Below are positions 1 through 13,136 of a DNA stretch of 64,000 nucleotides, piece after piece. The notes below the pieces were generated by a model. The model worked only from the letters and a program-made list of their open reading frames with translations. It was not told the origin of the DNA and made no database searches. The stretch is from positions 100,241,190 through 100,305,189 of the forward strand of contig NC_085846.1 in the NCBI RefSeq assembly GCF_035594765.1, written 5' to 3'. Made by a program: the position numbers and the translations under genes. How positions within the stretch are numbered: the first letter of the stretch is position 1; each line of letters opens with the position of its first letter. This DNA is from Anolis carolinensis (taxonomy: Eukaryota).

Positions 1-608
1 ATCCCTTTTTGTCTGGAAGTGTTAGGAACAAAAATCTAGCACTTTCCAACTGAAGGGAAGAAAGATTTGATGAGAGATATACCAGTTCTGCTTTTGAATA
101 TTTTGTACAAGCAAATATGCATGTGGCTAACCCAGTTTTGCAAGGAGCCCCAAAAATATCCTGGAGGGGAAAAAAAACAAGGCATCATGCCATCTTGAAC
201 AATCCAGCTTTCTGCTGTTATTGCAGCTGGTTGCAAAAATGGCCATTAAGCTGAGACAGAGAGGGAGAGCCACTAATGCCTCCTTGAGGGCAAATTTTGA
301 TTACAAAATGGTGGTTGCTGAAAATACTATTTACAGTTAAGACATTGTCATAACCAGTTAAAAGAAAACATGCAAATTTTGGTTTTGGAACATGTTCTAT
401 CCTACATTCCAACACAAGGTCAATAAAATATCCCAAAACAAAATAAAGGGTGCAGTGTAAGATGCTATTTGTTTAGCTGGATATGTTAATGCATGAAGAA
501 CACAGAGAACATGTTTGGTCAGAAACATTAGCTCTGGATGGAACAACAACAAAAAACCCCACTCCAATAACAAAGGTGAAAAGATCTCTGAGATGTGCTT
601 TGGGGGGA

Positions 609-917
609 GGAGACAGTATGGTGTAGTGGTCTGACTCTGGAGACCTTGGAAAGTTCACACTCAAGATCCTTCCACACAGCCATATAACCCAGAATATCAA
701 GGCAGATAATCCACAATATCTGCTTTGAACCGGGTTATCTGAGTCCACACTGCCATATAATCTAGTTCAATGTGGATTTTATACAGCTGTGTGGAAGGGG
801 CCTCAGCCACAGGGGAAGGAACTGGCAATCCCATTTTGAACACATCTTGCTAAACAAACCCTGTGCCAGGTTTGCTGGGTCACCATAAGTTAGAAACAAC
901 TTGAAGGAAGCGAACAA
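609..917 (+). mobile_element. Degenerate tRNA-derived SINE interrupted by a Harbinger-type MITE (664-802, TCA TSD)
   Basis: A-box-like TGGTGTAGTGG head; tail ...ccataagttagaaacaacttgaagg; MITE TIRs (g)nccttccacacagc / gctgtgtggaaggggcc with TCA on both sides. Confidence 0.7.
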
Positions 918-1541
918 TTTCAAAAAGCAAACTAGGAACATAAACTTTGCTTTCCAGGATCAGATTGGTAGACACATTTTTATCTCAACAAATTACATTA
1001 GCTGGAACGAAAGACACTCCAAACCCAAGGTTCAGCTGAAATTTGTCCTGAACATACAGAAAAAAGTGTGTGTATAGAAAGATGTGTATAGAGAAAAAAA
1101 GTCAGACCAGTACAAATGACAGCAGCTGAAATGAGGGATATTGTTAACTGTAATGCATATCATAAATATCCAAGGAGGTTTGTGTGTAACCCTGTGCACG
1201 TATCCTGTAATAAAAAGTACATCAGAGAAGTACTCAAATATCCACTTTGGATGAGTTAAAAAGAAAACAAGGGTAGGAAAGAAGGCAGGGTGTGCCAGGT
1301 TTGTCTTCAAAAAAATGTTTACATTTTGGCTCATGAGGATTATATTTCATTTAGTCATGCTGACTCATAAGAACTGTAATTTATTTTAAGAGACCTAAAA
1401 TTCATTCAATGACATAATACATTGAGACCACAAGAAAGATAGGAAGGCCCTCTCCCTGCAAGACGCCTGTTTAGGAAGGATGCAGGAGAAGACCTTCTCT
1501 GCAATGACACCACAATTATGAACTTCTTCTTTGCCTTAGAG

Positions 1542-1676
1542 GACTGGTTCTCAACCTGAAGTCCCCAGATGTTTTTGGCCTTCAACTCCCAGAAATCCTA
1601 ACAGCTGGTAAACTGGCTGGGATTTCTGGGAGTTGTAGGTCAAAAACATCTGGGGACCCCAGGTTGAGAACCACTG
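1542..1676. mobile_element. Palindromic hAT MITE (TIR CAGTGGTTCTCAACC); other copies at 44797-44931 and 61511-61645
   Basis: Near-perfect foldback; 8-bp TSDs (ttctaaga perfect at 44789/44932; gattacag/ggttacag; ccttagag/ccttaggc). Confidence 0.85.
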
Positions 1677-2149
1677 CCTTAGGCATACAACAGGTACCTG
1701 TATTGATGTTATTCTGGTATCAAATAAAAATATAGTTGTTTATTAGTGTGCTTGATGTCTGACACAAATCCACATATCTGCATGGTTTTAAGTATTTTTA
1801 ACTGCTTTCATTTGTTTTACACTGTCTTCTTATCACATATTACATTATTTAACAACTTTTGGACCTTTTGAAATTATTTATATCATTCGCATTCTTTAAC
1901 CTGGTCAAGATGATTTTTGTATGTCTCCCTAAGATATTTAAACATTGTATGGGATATAAATACTGTACTTGTATGAATTAATGAATGAATGAATGAACAG
2001 AAGAGGAAAAACATCAACTGAACTCTGTTTTAGATTATTTCAATCTAGAATCTTTAATCAAGGAAAAGCCAAAATGCTTTTAAAGAAATATATGTATGTA
2101 TGGGTCTACATGGGATCTAATGTTTAAAAACTTGTTCCTAAGAAATTCC

Positions 2150-2380
2150 AACCACCCTATGAAATGACTGGTAGTGGTTATTCAGAGCTGTGGATTGTGG
2201 TGTCATTTATATGCAGGCAACACCCAGCTGTCTCTCTTCTTTTCATCAAATTCCAGTGAAGCAGTGTATGTTCTGAATCACTGTGGGGCTTTGGTAATGG
2301 ATTGGATGAAGGGAAATAATCTGAGGTTCAGCCCAGACACGAAAGAAGTGGTTAATGAGTGGTCTGTCTCTGTCTGAGTG
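2150..2380 (+). mobile_element. L2/CR1-group LINE reverse-transcriptase fragment (decayed)
   Basis: HLYAGNTQL (degenerate YADDTQL) followed by DWMKGNNLRFSPDTKE. Confidence 0.7.
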
Positions 2381-2885
2381 ATGCTCAATCTGTTCCATTT
2401 CAGTTTGCATTTGAAGCTCACATTGTCACTAGAATCTTTATATCTTAGAGCTGCAGTTCTTAACCTTTTATTTCTCACAAATCCATTTGAAATGTCTTTT
2501 ATTGCCTCTCATATTGGATAACGAATCTGTGGATACAGTGAGCCAACTATATTGTATTATGCGCTAATACAGTATATTTTTGAAAACTCTTTTCTTTCAC
2601 ACATAGCTGTTTGGCACTCAGGCAATACAAAAATGCAGTAAATAAACAACACAGCAAGAGAGTAGTGAGAGCCAAAAGAGAAATGCAGGAAGTTCCTTCC
2701 CAGCCATTTGAAGATTCCAAAAAGGGGGACAAAGGGGAAGTCCAATTCAAAAAGCCTTCCCAGGAACACCAGTTTGATGACAGATGAAACCCACAAAACA
2801 GGAGAAGGAATACTGGAATAAGATGTGCACACTTTTTAAAAACATCATGGTTTTTTGCCTGAAACGTATAATAAACCACTAATTA

Positions 2886-3501
2886 CTGTATATACTTGAG
2901 TATAAGCCTAGTTTTTCAGCCCTTTTTTAGGACTGAAAAAAAACCCCTCCTTGGCTTATACTCGGGTGAGGGTCCTGGTGGGCTTATATTCAGGTCAGCT
3001 TGTATTCAAGTATATATGGTATATTTATTATTTTTCTCTATTATTATTTTGGTATTGTTACATTTATTATTTTACTCTATTAATGACTATCTACATTTAT
3101 TATTTTACTCTATTATTGTTGTTACTTTTACGTTTATTTTACTCTATTTTTAATATTATTAATACATTTACTATTATTTTACTCTATTATTACATTTATT
3201 ATTTTACTGCATTTATTATTATTATCAAATTTGTTATTTCACTCAATTATTATTAAAAGGGTACATAAGCACATTTACATTGAAGAAGATAAAAATAATG
3301 ATTTAATCAGAGTTGAACAGTCATATCTTAAGTTACAGTTTGATGTAAAGGTTCAAAAAACTTTTAAACTACTGATGCCTCAATTAATGTAATTTTATTG
3401 GTATCTTGGCTTATACTGGAGTCAATGTTTTCCCAGTTTTTTGTGGTAAAATTAGGTACCTCGGCTTATATTCGGGTCGGCTTATACTTGAGTATATACG
3501 G
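2886..3501. mobile_element. Tc1/mariner-type non-autonomous transposon with AT-rich repetitive interior
   Basis: TIR C(T/C)GTATATACTTGAGTATAAGCC at both ends; TA TSD. Confidence 0.85.
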
Positions 3502-3694
3502 TATATAAGATCCTGGAAAACTACGGTAAGAATGAAAAAGGATTGGTTTTTGTAAATGGCACTGCCACTCTTTATAGAATGTAGTACAACTCTTTCCCTT
3601 CTCCATCCCTCCAAATAAACCTTCCTGTAATTTCTTCTTGAACTAAGCCACAAATAAAAAAATAAATGCATGGAGGCTATCAGTATTGTAATTT

Positions 3695-4290
3695 TATTAT
3701 TATTCATTTTTATGCTGCTTTTCTCCCATGATGGGACTCAAAGCAGCGCACAGTAGTAAAAAACAGCAATTACATAAAATGCATTCAAATAAACATCCTA
3801 AAACAACGAACACAGATACACCAATAACTTGAACCATATACAATAACTTAATAACTTACAATAATATCATTAAAAAGTTTCCCTACCCTCAGGCCACTGA
3901 GGTTATTCATAAAAACAGGTTATACAAGATCCTGAAAGAGCCTATTTTCATTAGTTGATGTAATATTGCCAGGTCCACTATAGCATTTAAAAGGTAAATA
4001 TAACTGACTGGAATCTGGAAGTTGCCTATTATAATTCACCTGGGAAGGCCTGGCTCCACAAAAAGGTCTTAATTTAAGATCAAAAGGCCAGCAAGGAGGG
4101 GGCCAATTGCACCTCTCTAGGAAGGGACCACCACTGAAAAGGCCCTTTCTCTCGTTTGCAACCAACCATGCTTGTGACAGTGGTGGGACCGAGGGAGGGG
4201 CCTCTCCTGATAATCTCAGGGCACAAGTGGATTGGTAGGAGGAGATGTGGTCCCTCAAGTAAGCTGGGCCCCAACCGTATAAATATAAAA
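3695..4290 (-). mobile_element. L2-type LINE 3' fragment (end of ORF2, 3' UTR and (TAA)n tail)
   Basis: LGPSLLEGPHL/...KGLFS.. ORF2-end-like peptides; tail tgtgcgctgctttgagtcccat...aataataat. Confidence 0.6.
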
Positions 4291-6767
4291 TAATTCAAAC
4301 AAACATGAATCAGAGAGCGATCTTATGGGTAAATGTTTATATTCTATATGAACTTTTAGGAACTAAGACTAAACAAGTAGAATTTTGAAAAAGGATGAAG
4401 GCTTAAAACAATTCAAACATTTTAACATGTGTCCTTCTGATATCAAATGGTTTTCAGGGCAAGTCGGGAAGTGGGCTCTCAAAACTTATCTGTTCCAGAC
4501 AATTCTATTAATTTTAGCAAATTTAAGTGAAAGCAGAATACAAACTGTATTCAGTTAACAAGGAGATGGCATCTGATCTGCAAATTTCCATCCTTTGTAG
4601 GGCATAAACAGGGCACCAGGCCCAAAACAGGTTATACAACTATCTCCTGGGACATATCAATGCTGTTCAGACACTTAAAGTTTTATTTAGAAACTTATTA
4701 GCCATGAAAGGCCATTCTGTTCCAGCAGCAATATTTGAAAGTGTCTGGGAGAAGATGGTAAAGATTTCAGTGACATGAAATCTTTGAGAAAGTTATTGTT
4801 CTGGTACATAATTCTTCACAATTAAAGTAAAGCCTGTCACAGTCATAAGACCACAGTTTGAGTTTTAATTTTTGCTGTCATCTATGAAGGTAGTAGTAGT
4901 CATAGCTTAATTGTTGTACTAATTAATCCAGGCCACTGGAGGGTGTGCATTGGCAGGTAGAAGGAAAACCTGCTTGACACCTTGCCACAGAGTAGTTCTG
5001 TTAGTCATGGTTTGTCTTAGTATAACTACTACGGTATTACTGGAAGGCTGTTTTAAATTATGGAATAGGTTTAGACAACACCACAAGCTGGTAAATCATG
5101 GGATCCCTATATGCTCTGAATGGCATACTAGCGCATGCACTTCACTCCCACAAGCCAAAGCACTGCACGTTGTAATAAAGTTAGTTCTGTTAAAGTCTGG
5201 AATAACTGATTCACTGCACCCCTGACACAGAAACCACCAACCACCAATGTTTTTAAGTATTAGTCCTTCGTATAAAATAAGAGAGTATTTGGGGGGGAAA
5301 CTAGTGTACGTTGTAAGGGATCTTTTCCACTAACATTTATCTGTTAGTTTAAATGATAACACTAATGCATTAACTTAACAATAACCATATGTGATTGGCT
5401 AAAAAAACAGTGCACACCAATGTGCTTTCTCCCATCATTCTCGGGTTTAACTAACTATCGAAACACATTTGTTCAGCATGACTATCTGGTAACCAACAAA
5501 CCACAGCCATCACCAGCAGACTCAATGCAAGTGGAAAGAGAGGCCATCAGCCTATGTTATGTTTCCAATTAAATCAGGGAAATCTAGAATTACAGAAAGA
5601 CCTCACTGGATCAGATATACGTATGCTCGATATATATGTCTGCATTAATGTGGAAAGAGAGAAAAGGAGAAGAGTGTCGAGTTTGGGTTACAAGCCAATT
5701 ACATGCAAAGCTACTTGATGGAGAAATCCATCTGTGATTTCATCAAGAGCATTACAAAAACTGTTTCCCTATAGACTGTCTAGATATTATTGATTATTTT
5801 TTCTGTTGCTGCTGTTGTCTGTCACTAATGGGGCTTGAAATTAAAACAGCTATGTTTACTTTGCAGACTGCCATTTACAACACAAGCTTGTCTCTAGGAA
5901 CAGACTCTATCTGTAGACACCCAACAAACCCCTGAAACAGGTTCGCGGAAGGAACGAGATTTTGTGCATTTCGCATTTGAACAGGATTCATAAAACCTGA
6001 CTATTTAATATTATTTCATTTTTATAGCTTGCTAATAGGAGAGATTTCATTCATGGCCAGGAATTCAGGATAATTAGTACCATCCTGTGGTCATCTATGA
6101 GCAGTCATAATGGTTGATTAAAATGAAATTAGTTGGGAATTCTCAGCCTCGGACAGCTGATTGCTGTAGCATATAGAATAAAGAGCACGTAACTGGATTA
6201 AAAGTAATTCCTTTCAAAAGAAAAAACATTCTGGAGTAAAAAGAAAATAAATGTCAGCTTTTTAAAACTCTGTGTTATGGATTTCCACATCTAAAAAACA
6301 CTGAAATACATACTAGAATAGCTAAAGCCATTATGCACATCCAAAAATAGAACTATGTGTACCACATCCACTAAGATATAAAACCTTTTGCATTACTAAA
6401 CAAATTGGAGGCAAGATTCCATTAGTGGTTTCTTCTCCATTCTAGCACCTCCCATTTCTGTACAGTTAGAAGTGTTTTATGTTGTCCCTATGCTAAAAAC
6501 ATAGGTATTTGATTGTGATAGGATACAAAGTCCAGGTACTACAAGTATATTTATCAAGAGCAATATATTTCACATGTCTACATGTCAGCATCCTCTTTGG
6601 TTTTATGTAGTTGTAGTACATGTTCACTGTACATACATAACAGCATGCTGTAGTGAGACTAATTGTGTCAAAAACAACCAGCACAATCATCATTTCAAAC
6701 ATCACATTTTCTGTCCTAGCACATAATATGCACTGCTAAAAAAAATTTTTTTGTTCAGGTATACATA

Positions 6768-7097
6768 CAAGTTGAGTATCTCTTATTCGAGAAGCATGGG
6801 ATCAGAAGTATTTTGAATTATGGAATTCTTGTGTTTTCATTTACGTACATCATGTACATACATATAGATGATGAGATATCTTGGAGATGAGACCGAAGCC
6901 TAAACATGAAATTCATTTATGTTTACTATACACCTTATACACATAGCATGAAGCTAATTTTATTTTGTACAGGAAAGTTTGGGTACTTTGCACTATCAGA
7001 AAGCACAGCTGTCACTCTTTCAGCCACTCATGAGGACAATTTGAATTTTGGAATATTTTGGATTTGGGAATTCTGGATACAAGATGTTCAACCTTTA
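6768..7097. mobile_element. Old Tigger/pogo-like non-autonomous element; related copies at 32851-33151 and 39184-39722 (the latter with a nested hAT MITE at ~39465-39578)
   Basis: TA-flanked degenerate TIRs CAG(G/A)TTGAG(T/C)ATCCCTTAT; shared internal sequence. Confidence 0.6.
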
Positions 7098-9710
7098 TGA
7101 CATCTAAATTACATAGGGAAAACCTGTCATGTGCACAGAAGAATCAAGTCGAAATCTTCAGTTATTTAAGTACAGGTCCCAAAATTTAGGACATTTCTCT
7201 TGGCATATTGCCAAGAAGTCAAGGAGGAGAGAACCAAGTGGAATAGATGGAAATATCTCTCCAAAGACTGCCATGCATTTCTTGGGCCTCAAGTATCATG
7301 CTGAAAAAAATGGAAATCACAATTCATTTATCTGATTGTACTATTTCAAGACCTTGACTAATGCAGTCATGTTGCATGACTCTCATGGGAAGATGGAATC
7401 ATCAATTTAACAGCAAATTCTATTGACTTTAAGAAAACCATATTTTCTGTTAAAATGAGCTCTACACGAGCAAAACAGAAATATGTTTTCTGATTTTACA
7501 TGTTTTATTGTTCAATTTGCTTTTAAATACAAATTTAGAAGGTGCACGTAAACACACAGAGTTAGAAAATGTGTAATGTCTATAGAAAAACTTTGCTGTC
7601 AGTGGAAATACTGAAAGAATGATGGGGTTCGCGGCTCATTTCTACAGGTTCTTGAACATTACTAAAAACTAGTCCAATATTATTATCATGCCACGATTTA
7701 CATGGATTACTGAGGTTTTCCATTAGACTTAATGCTCTTGACAAGTTTTCTTTACTTTTTCAGAGGGATTTTTCACAATAAATCAAGACCTTATCCCTAG
7801 TAGCCATCCAAAACAAGGACAAAGGAAAGTCTCCAGAAACCTTTAACAAATGTGCAAGTTTTTATAGGAGCAGACAGTTCTTTAGTTTCCTCAATCTTGT
7901 TTCATTGGGGCTTTATAGCTGATAAGCAGCATTACGAATTATGTTAACAAACTGTTAGCCAAGGCAGATTCTGCTCAGAGTATACTGTGCAGAATAGTCT
8001 CAGTCTTATTAACTACTATATTTAGGTAAAACCACGTAGTTGGGGATGGAAGCCAGAATCATGTTACTACACTGCATAGGTGTAAAAGGCTTCCAACTTC
8101 TGACAAATAGTTGAATGCAGACAGCTGTAGGCACCAAATGTTCTCTGAGGAATCTGTTGGGTGGCACAGACAGCCTACATCATGTCATTCAGCCCAGCCT
8201 TCACACAACATATTAAAAGAACACATTGGATTAATACCAGCCTCTTTCAAATTGGGAATGGAGAAAACTATCTACCAATTACCATAATATCTGGGCTGTA
8301 GTGGGAAGCCTTGCTCTCCCTGATAACTAGAATATGAGGGCCAGAGCCTTTCATGACTTCTTCAGGGAAGAATAGAAATCCCTAGGGCTAGTATTTATCT
8401 CCCCCACCAGCACCACAATATACGCAACAGCAATAGCCCACAGGTGCAGAAGATGAACCAACAGAACAGGAAGAGTTGGTGCACATTTCAGATCTGGGTT
8501 TTTTTTGGGTTTACAGCTCTATGGTATGAGAAAGAAACTCTTTCACATCTCAGATAGTCAAAAATAAGCACAGCAGAATAGTTTCATCTTGTTCAATCAG
8601 CAGACTTGACTTCCAGTAAGCATCCAAGTTCAGATTACTGGTCTTTCAAACACAAGCACTATGCAACCTGAAGTACCTTCTGCTGCATCCATCTCCCTGC
8701 TCACAATTTGATCTAAGAAACTGTTATTGCCAAAACAGTGGGAAAAGTTACAGTTTTGGACTACAGCTGCTAGAACTGCATGGGCATTGTGTGAGATGTA
8801 GTTACACACAGCCCCCCTCCCCCCCCCCCAAAAAAAAACCTTTTTCCAAGATCTGACCTGAAATATGATGGGTTGTAGCCGAAGAGACTTTTCAGTGGTG
8901 TCCCATGACCTCTGAATTATTTCCCCAGCAAAGCCCACATAAGCACCCTCGCTGCTGTGATCTGAATACCAGAAAAACAAATTCCCCTTTCCCAGGCTTT
9001 TAAGAAATGCTAATGCTTGTATTTTTAATTGAAATTAATTTAAATAGCACTGTCTGAACAGACTGTTGCTATTTTAGTTTGAATGTTTATTAATTCTGTT
9101 AATATGGTATTTCTATTTGTTTATTCCTTGTAAATAACCATAAAAACATGCATTTCTGTTAAAGAGACCGGATACAAATTATGTAAATCAGAAAATAACT
9201 GGATGTAAATGGGTAAATAACTAGGTGATGTAACCTGATGGTACATTTTGTACTGAAAGGAGCCCAGGCTGATTTGTTATAGTCTTGCTCACTGAGAACC
9301 TCCGCCCTTGTTGTGTGATGCCAGTATTAATACAATATTCCCTATTCGGCAACAGTACTCCCAACAAGCTGAAACATACTTGCTCTTCTTCCAATAAAAA
9401 CAGGCTTTACTACTGTTTATGCTTGTTTTGCCCTGTAGACAAAACAGAAGAACAGCTGGAAACCTATCCTGGGAGGTGTCTCCTAAAGCAAAAATGCTAA
9501 ACTACATTCCACTTCAAAAACATTTTCTGTCCTGGAAGACTGGGAGGGGGGAATATTGCTCAATTTTCAAAAGAGTAAAAAGAGCAACTCTTGCACGTGA
9601 CGTGTGTACCCTGTTATAGTTTGTAATAAAGAACTTTCAAGCTCTTATACCTTGGGATCATCTGGATTGGAGCACGGCAAGCCCAAGAGTTGCAGACAGT
9701 GTCAAGAGTT

Positions 9711-9844
9711 TATTTATTTATTTTATTTATTTATTTACAGTATTTATATTCCACCCTTCTCACCCCGAAGGGGACTCAAGGCGGATCACATTATATACAT
9801 ATAGGGCAAGCATTCAATGCCCATATACAAATAGAACCGAGACA
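9711..9844 (-). mobile_element. Short LINE/SINE 3' tail ending in (TAAA)n
   Basis: gagtccccttcggggtgagaagggtggaatataaatactgtaaataaa; agagtt duplicated at both ends. Confidence 0.7.
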
Positions 9845-10201
9845 GAGTTAGCTATGTAAATATACATACATGCATAAAAAGACAGGGAGCAGGACAAGGC
9901 ATTAACACATACAAGGAGGGATAGGGGAAGAGTTTCAGGTCAGTGTGGGAGGCCACAGGTAAGGCTTCTCCTCCTCCTAACTATGCAGTGGATTCCCTCT
10001 TCTGAGGCTGCTTTTAGTAGCACTGAAAAAATGGTCTTGGCTGAGAGGAGGCTCAGTATCCTCTTCCTCCAAAAAAAATGATGCAGTGATGGAAATCCCT
10101 TCCCAAAAGAATACTGCCCCCATCCCTTAAAAAACCCAAAACTCAGAAGTAGCATTGAAGTAGGCAAGCTCATGGTATACTCATCTTGAGGATCCTGGTA
10201 A

Positions 10202-10413
10202 ATGCACTTAGATCTTGCCTGATCTTGGGAGCTAAGCAGAGTCAGCTTTGGTTAGTACTTAAATGGGAGACTATCAACAAACATCAGGAACTAGAGGCTA
10301 TATTTCAGAGGAAGGAACTAGCAAAACCACTTGTATTCCTTGCCTAAGAAAACCCCATGAAATTCATGCAATGGCAATAAGTCAACAAATGACTAGAAGG
10401 CACATACAACACA
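10202..10413 (+). mobile_element. 5S rRNA-derived SINE; other copies at ~15630-15830 (-), 37744-37922, 50041-50233, partial 47345-47462
   Basis: Head gatcttgcctgatcttgggagctaagcagagtcagctttggttagtacttaaatgggagac aligns to the 5S rRNA internal control region; non-5S body and (CA)-rich tail. Confidence 0.8.
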
Positions 10414-11879
10414 TAATTGTATATGAACATTTGATTCTTAACACTGGTGGCACCTCATTAGTATACTGCTACTAGCAGAGATATTTATATGAGAAAACCA
10501 GAGAAAGACTTATTACACAGTCAAATGCCTTCCTGTTGAGTGGGATGCCATTGCAGATATTGTGTTTGTGCTCGTTTTTAAAACAACACAGTGGCAAATT
10601 TCATATTTGTAGTTCACAACAGGAAACCTATAAAACTGTTGATGGTGTCAAGAAATGTAATTCAAGTAGCAATGGAAGTTGATTAGCATTTCGCAACATT
10701 ATTCATTCAGCTACTCATAAAGCACTTTCCTTACTTGGCCTGGGGCCATATATCCAACCCACCCAAATTCCCAGTGCTAAGTGCACAGATACCAGAGACA
10801 CTACCCAAAATCAATACCTTGCACGCTGCTTCTAGCATTATGAAGCAAGCCGCATTCAGCACTGTGAGAAATGTCAAAAATTCTTAACTATGTTAAAAGA
10901 GGAAGCTTGAAAACTTTACTAGACATGGTTATATGGCAGTTGGCCAAGCTGGGTGATTGGATTCGGGGAATTTTCTCTTATTTTTGGATCGCATCTTCCA
11001 GTCTCTTGGTCACAATAATTAATTTCTGTGAGAATATGTAGCCATGTTCAAGCTGGTAATATAAAACGAACAAGATAACTACAGTTCAACTGAAACTGTA
11101 CAAATTAAGCATATTTCTCTGTGCTAATTGCTTATGACTGAAATGGTCCATTCATCCCTAAATATGAGGCACTTGGAAAAGGAGCAGGACTCAGAAGTGC
11201 TTGATTCACTTCCCAACCTGAGTGACTCACACTTATTCACCAACTTTACCCTTTAGTCATCTGGAAATTAAATATAATACAAGCTATTACACAGAAACAT
11301 TGGCAGATTTCAATGAATGATTAGCAAAATAACTGCATTTTTGTTCTACTAAGAATACCAATCTACTCTTCAAGAATAAGCACACCTTGATTGAATTAGA
11401 TCAGGCATCCTCAAACATTTAAATGTTTTTCAACTATATAATTAACTGTCCTGATGGATTATATTCCATAGGCCAAATCTGACCACCTGTCCTGTTACCC
11501 TTGACACCACCCACATTTCTCACTCAACATAAAAATGATATCCCATTTAGTCTTATTTATGAAAACTCCTGTCTACTTGTAGGTTTATGGAAAAGCTTAC
11601 TCACCATTATTATTACACAGATCTTTAAAATGTTAAAAAAACTGGAGTATAATTTTCAATATATCCCAGTCAGCATGATCACTAGCCATTCTGAGTTAGA
11701 GATTCTGGCAAACAAATAATTTTTCCAAGTTTTGCTTTTAACTTATGCAAGATTGGAATAAACATTAAGCATTGCATCAAAAACAATATGTAAAATTTGC
11801 TTAAATGCTTCGCCTTATCCAATGAAGCATTTCTCTGTCAATCTTTCTGGCAATCTTAGTGAAAATATATCAGATAATA

Positions 11880-12202
11880 CAGTAGAGTCTCACTTATCCA
11901 ACACTCGCTTATCCAACGTTCTAGATTATCCAAGCCATTTTTGGAGTCAATGTTTTCAATATATCGTGATATTTTGGTGCTAAATTCATAAATACAGTAA
12001 TTACTACATAGCATTACTGCGTATTGAACTACTTTTTCTGCCAAATTTGTTGTATAACATGATGTTTTGGTGCTTAATTTGTAAAATCATAACCTAATTT
12101 GATGTTTAATAGGCTTTTCCTTAATGCCTCCTTCTTATCCAACATATTCGCTTATCCAACATTTTGCCGGCCCGTTTATGTTGGATAAGTGAGACTCTAC
12201 TG
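11880..12202. mobile_element. Tc1/mariner MITE (TIR CAGTAGAGTCTCACTTATCC)
   Basis: Perfect TIRs, TA TSD; family also at 12793-13136 (opposite orientation), 22996-23316 and 52211-52547. Confidence 0.9.
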
Positions 12203-12792
12203 TAATAGAAAATGAATTTTTACTGTGTGAACTTGAAGCTGCTTTGCTTAGTTTGCCCCAGTTTATCACATCTATCCTTTCTCACTGCCACTAAGCGATA
12301 AGCATATCTTGATATATTTACAGTTTAAAACTTGGAATGCACAACTAGGCCAGTGTAAAAGTGGGTACTTTCTTTACCACACCAAGTATACAAACAGGCA
12401 TGTAAAGCCAGGCAATTATGTTCTCATTCCCAATGAGCCTGGGGCACTCTCAATCAGCTGAAAGGATGTGAGCTGTCTTTGCCTTTAGGTTTTATTACTG
12501 CAACTCCTTTAATGTCTCCATGTCATCAATAAACCACAATTTTATTACGCTTGTGATTTCATTTCACTTTGACAAATCCTTGAACCTGGTTGAACTGGGA
12601 CCTGAGTGGATCAAGTCTGTTGCAGCCTTCAAGACAATACAAGATACCTAGTAGTTCTGGCCATTCTGATGTGCAGCTATATTTTCATATTTACAGTTGA
12701 TAAAGTCCACTCTAACCTTCAGGAGCCAGTCTCAGTTTCATCTGTTGCCAGTCAACAATGGAGACCCATCAGTAACCAAAGTTTTCCACATA

Positions 12793-13136
12793 CAGTAGAG
12801 TCTCACTTATCCAACATAAACGGGCCAGCAGAACGTTGGATAAGCGAATATGTTGGATAATAAGGAGGGATTAAGAAAAAAACCTATTAAACATCAAATT
12901 ACATTATGATTTTGCAAATTAAGCACCAAAACATCATGTTTTACAACAAATTTGACAGAAAAAGCAGTTCAATACACAGCAATGTTATGTAGTAATTACT
13001 GTACTTACGAATTCAGCACCAATGTATTGAAAAGATTGAAAAGATTGAATACAAAAACATTAACTACTAAAACACCGACTGTGTTGGATAATCCAAATGT
13101 TGGATAAGCGAATGTTGGATAAGTGAGACTCTGCTG
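12793..13136. mobile_element. Tc1/mariner MITE, inverted relative to 11880-12202
   Basis: TIRs, TA TSD; interior is the reverse complement of the neighbouring copy. Confidence 0.9.

Noticed and set aside
2896-3256. Hydrophobic Tyr/Leu/Ile-rich ORFs (also 19338-19575, 35028-35305)
   Set aside because: Low-complexity AT-rich TE interiors
10202-10300. 5S rRNA gene (also ~15750-15830, 37750, 50050)
   Set aside because: Truncated, heavily diverged and fused to a SINE body
11605-11704. Cryptic minus-strand exon with strong GTGAGT donor in ABI1 intron 1
   Set aside because: 100 nt, frameshifting, weak acceptor; expected by chance in 25 kb
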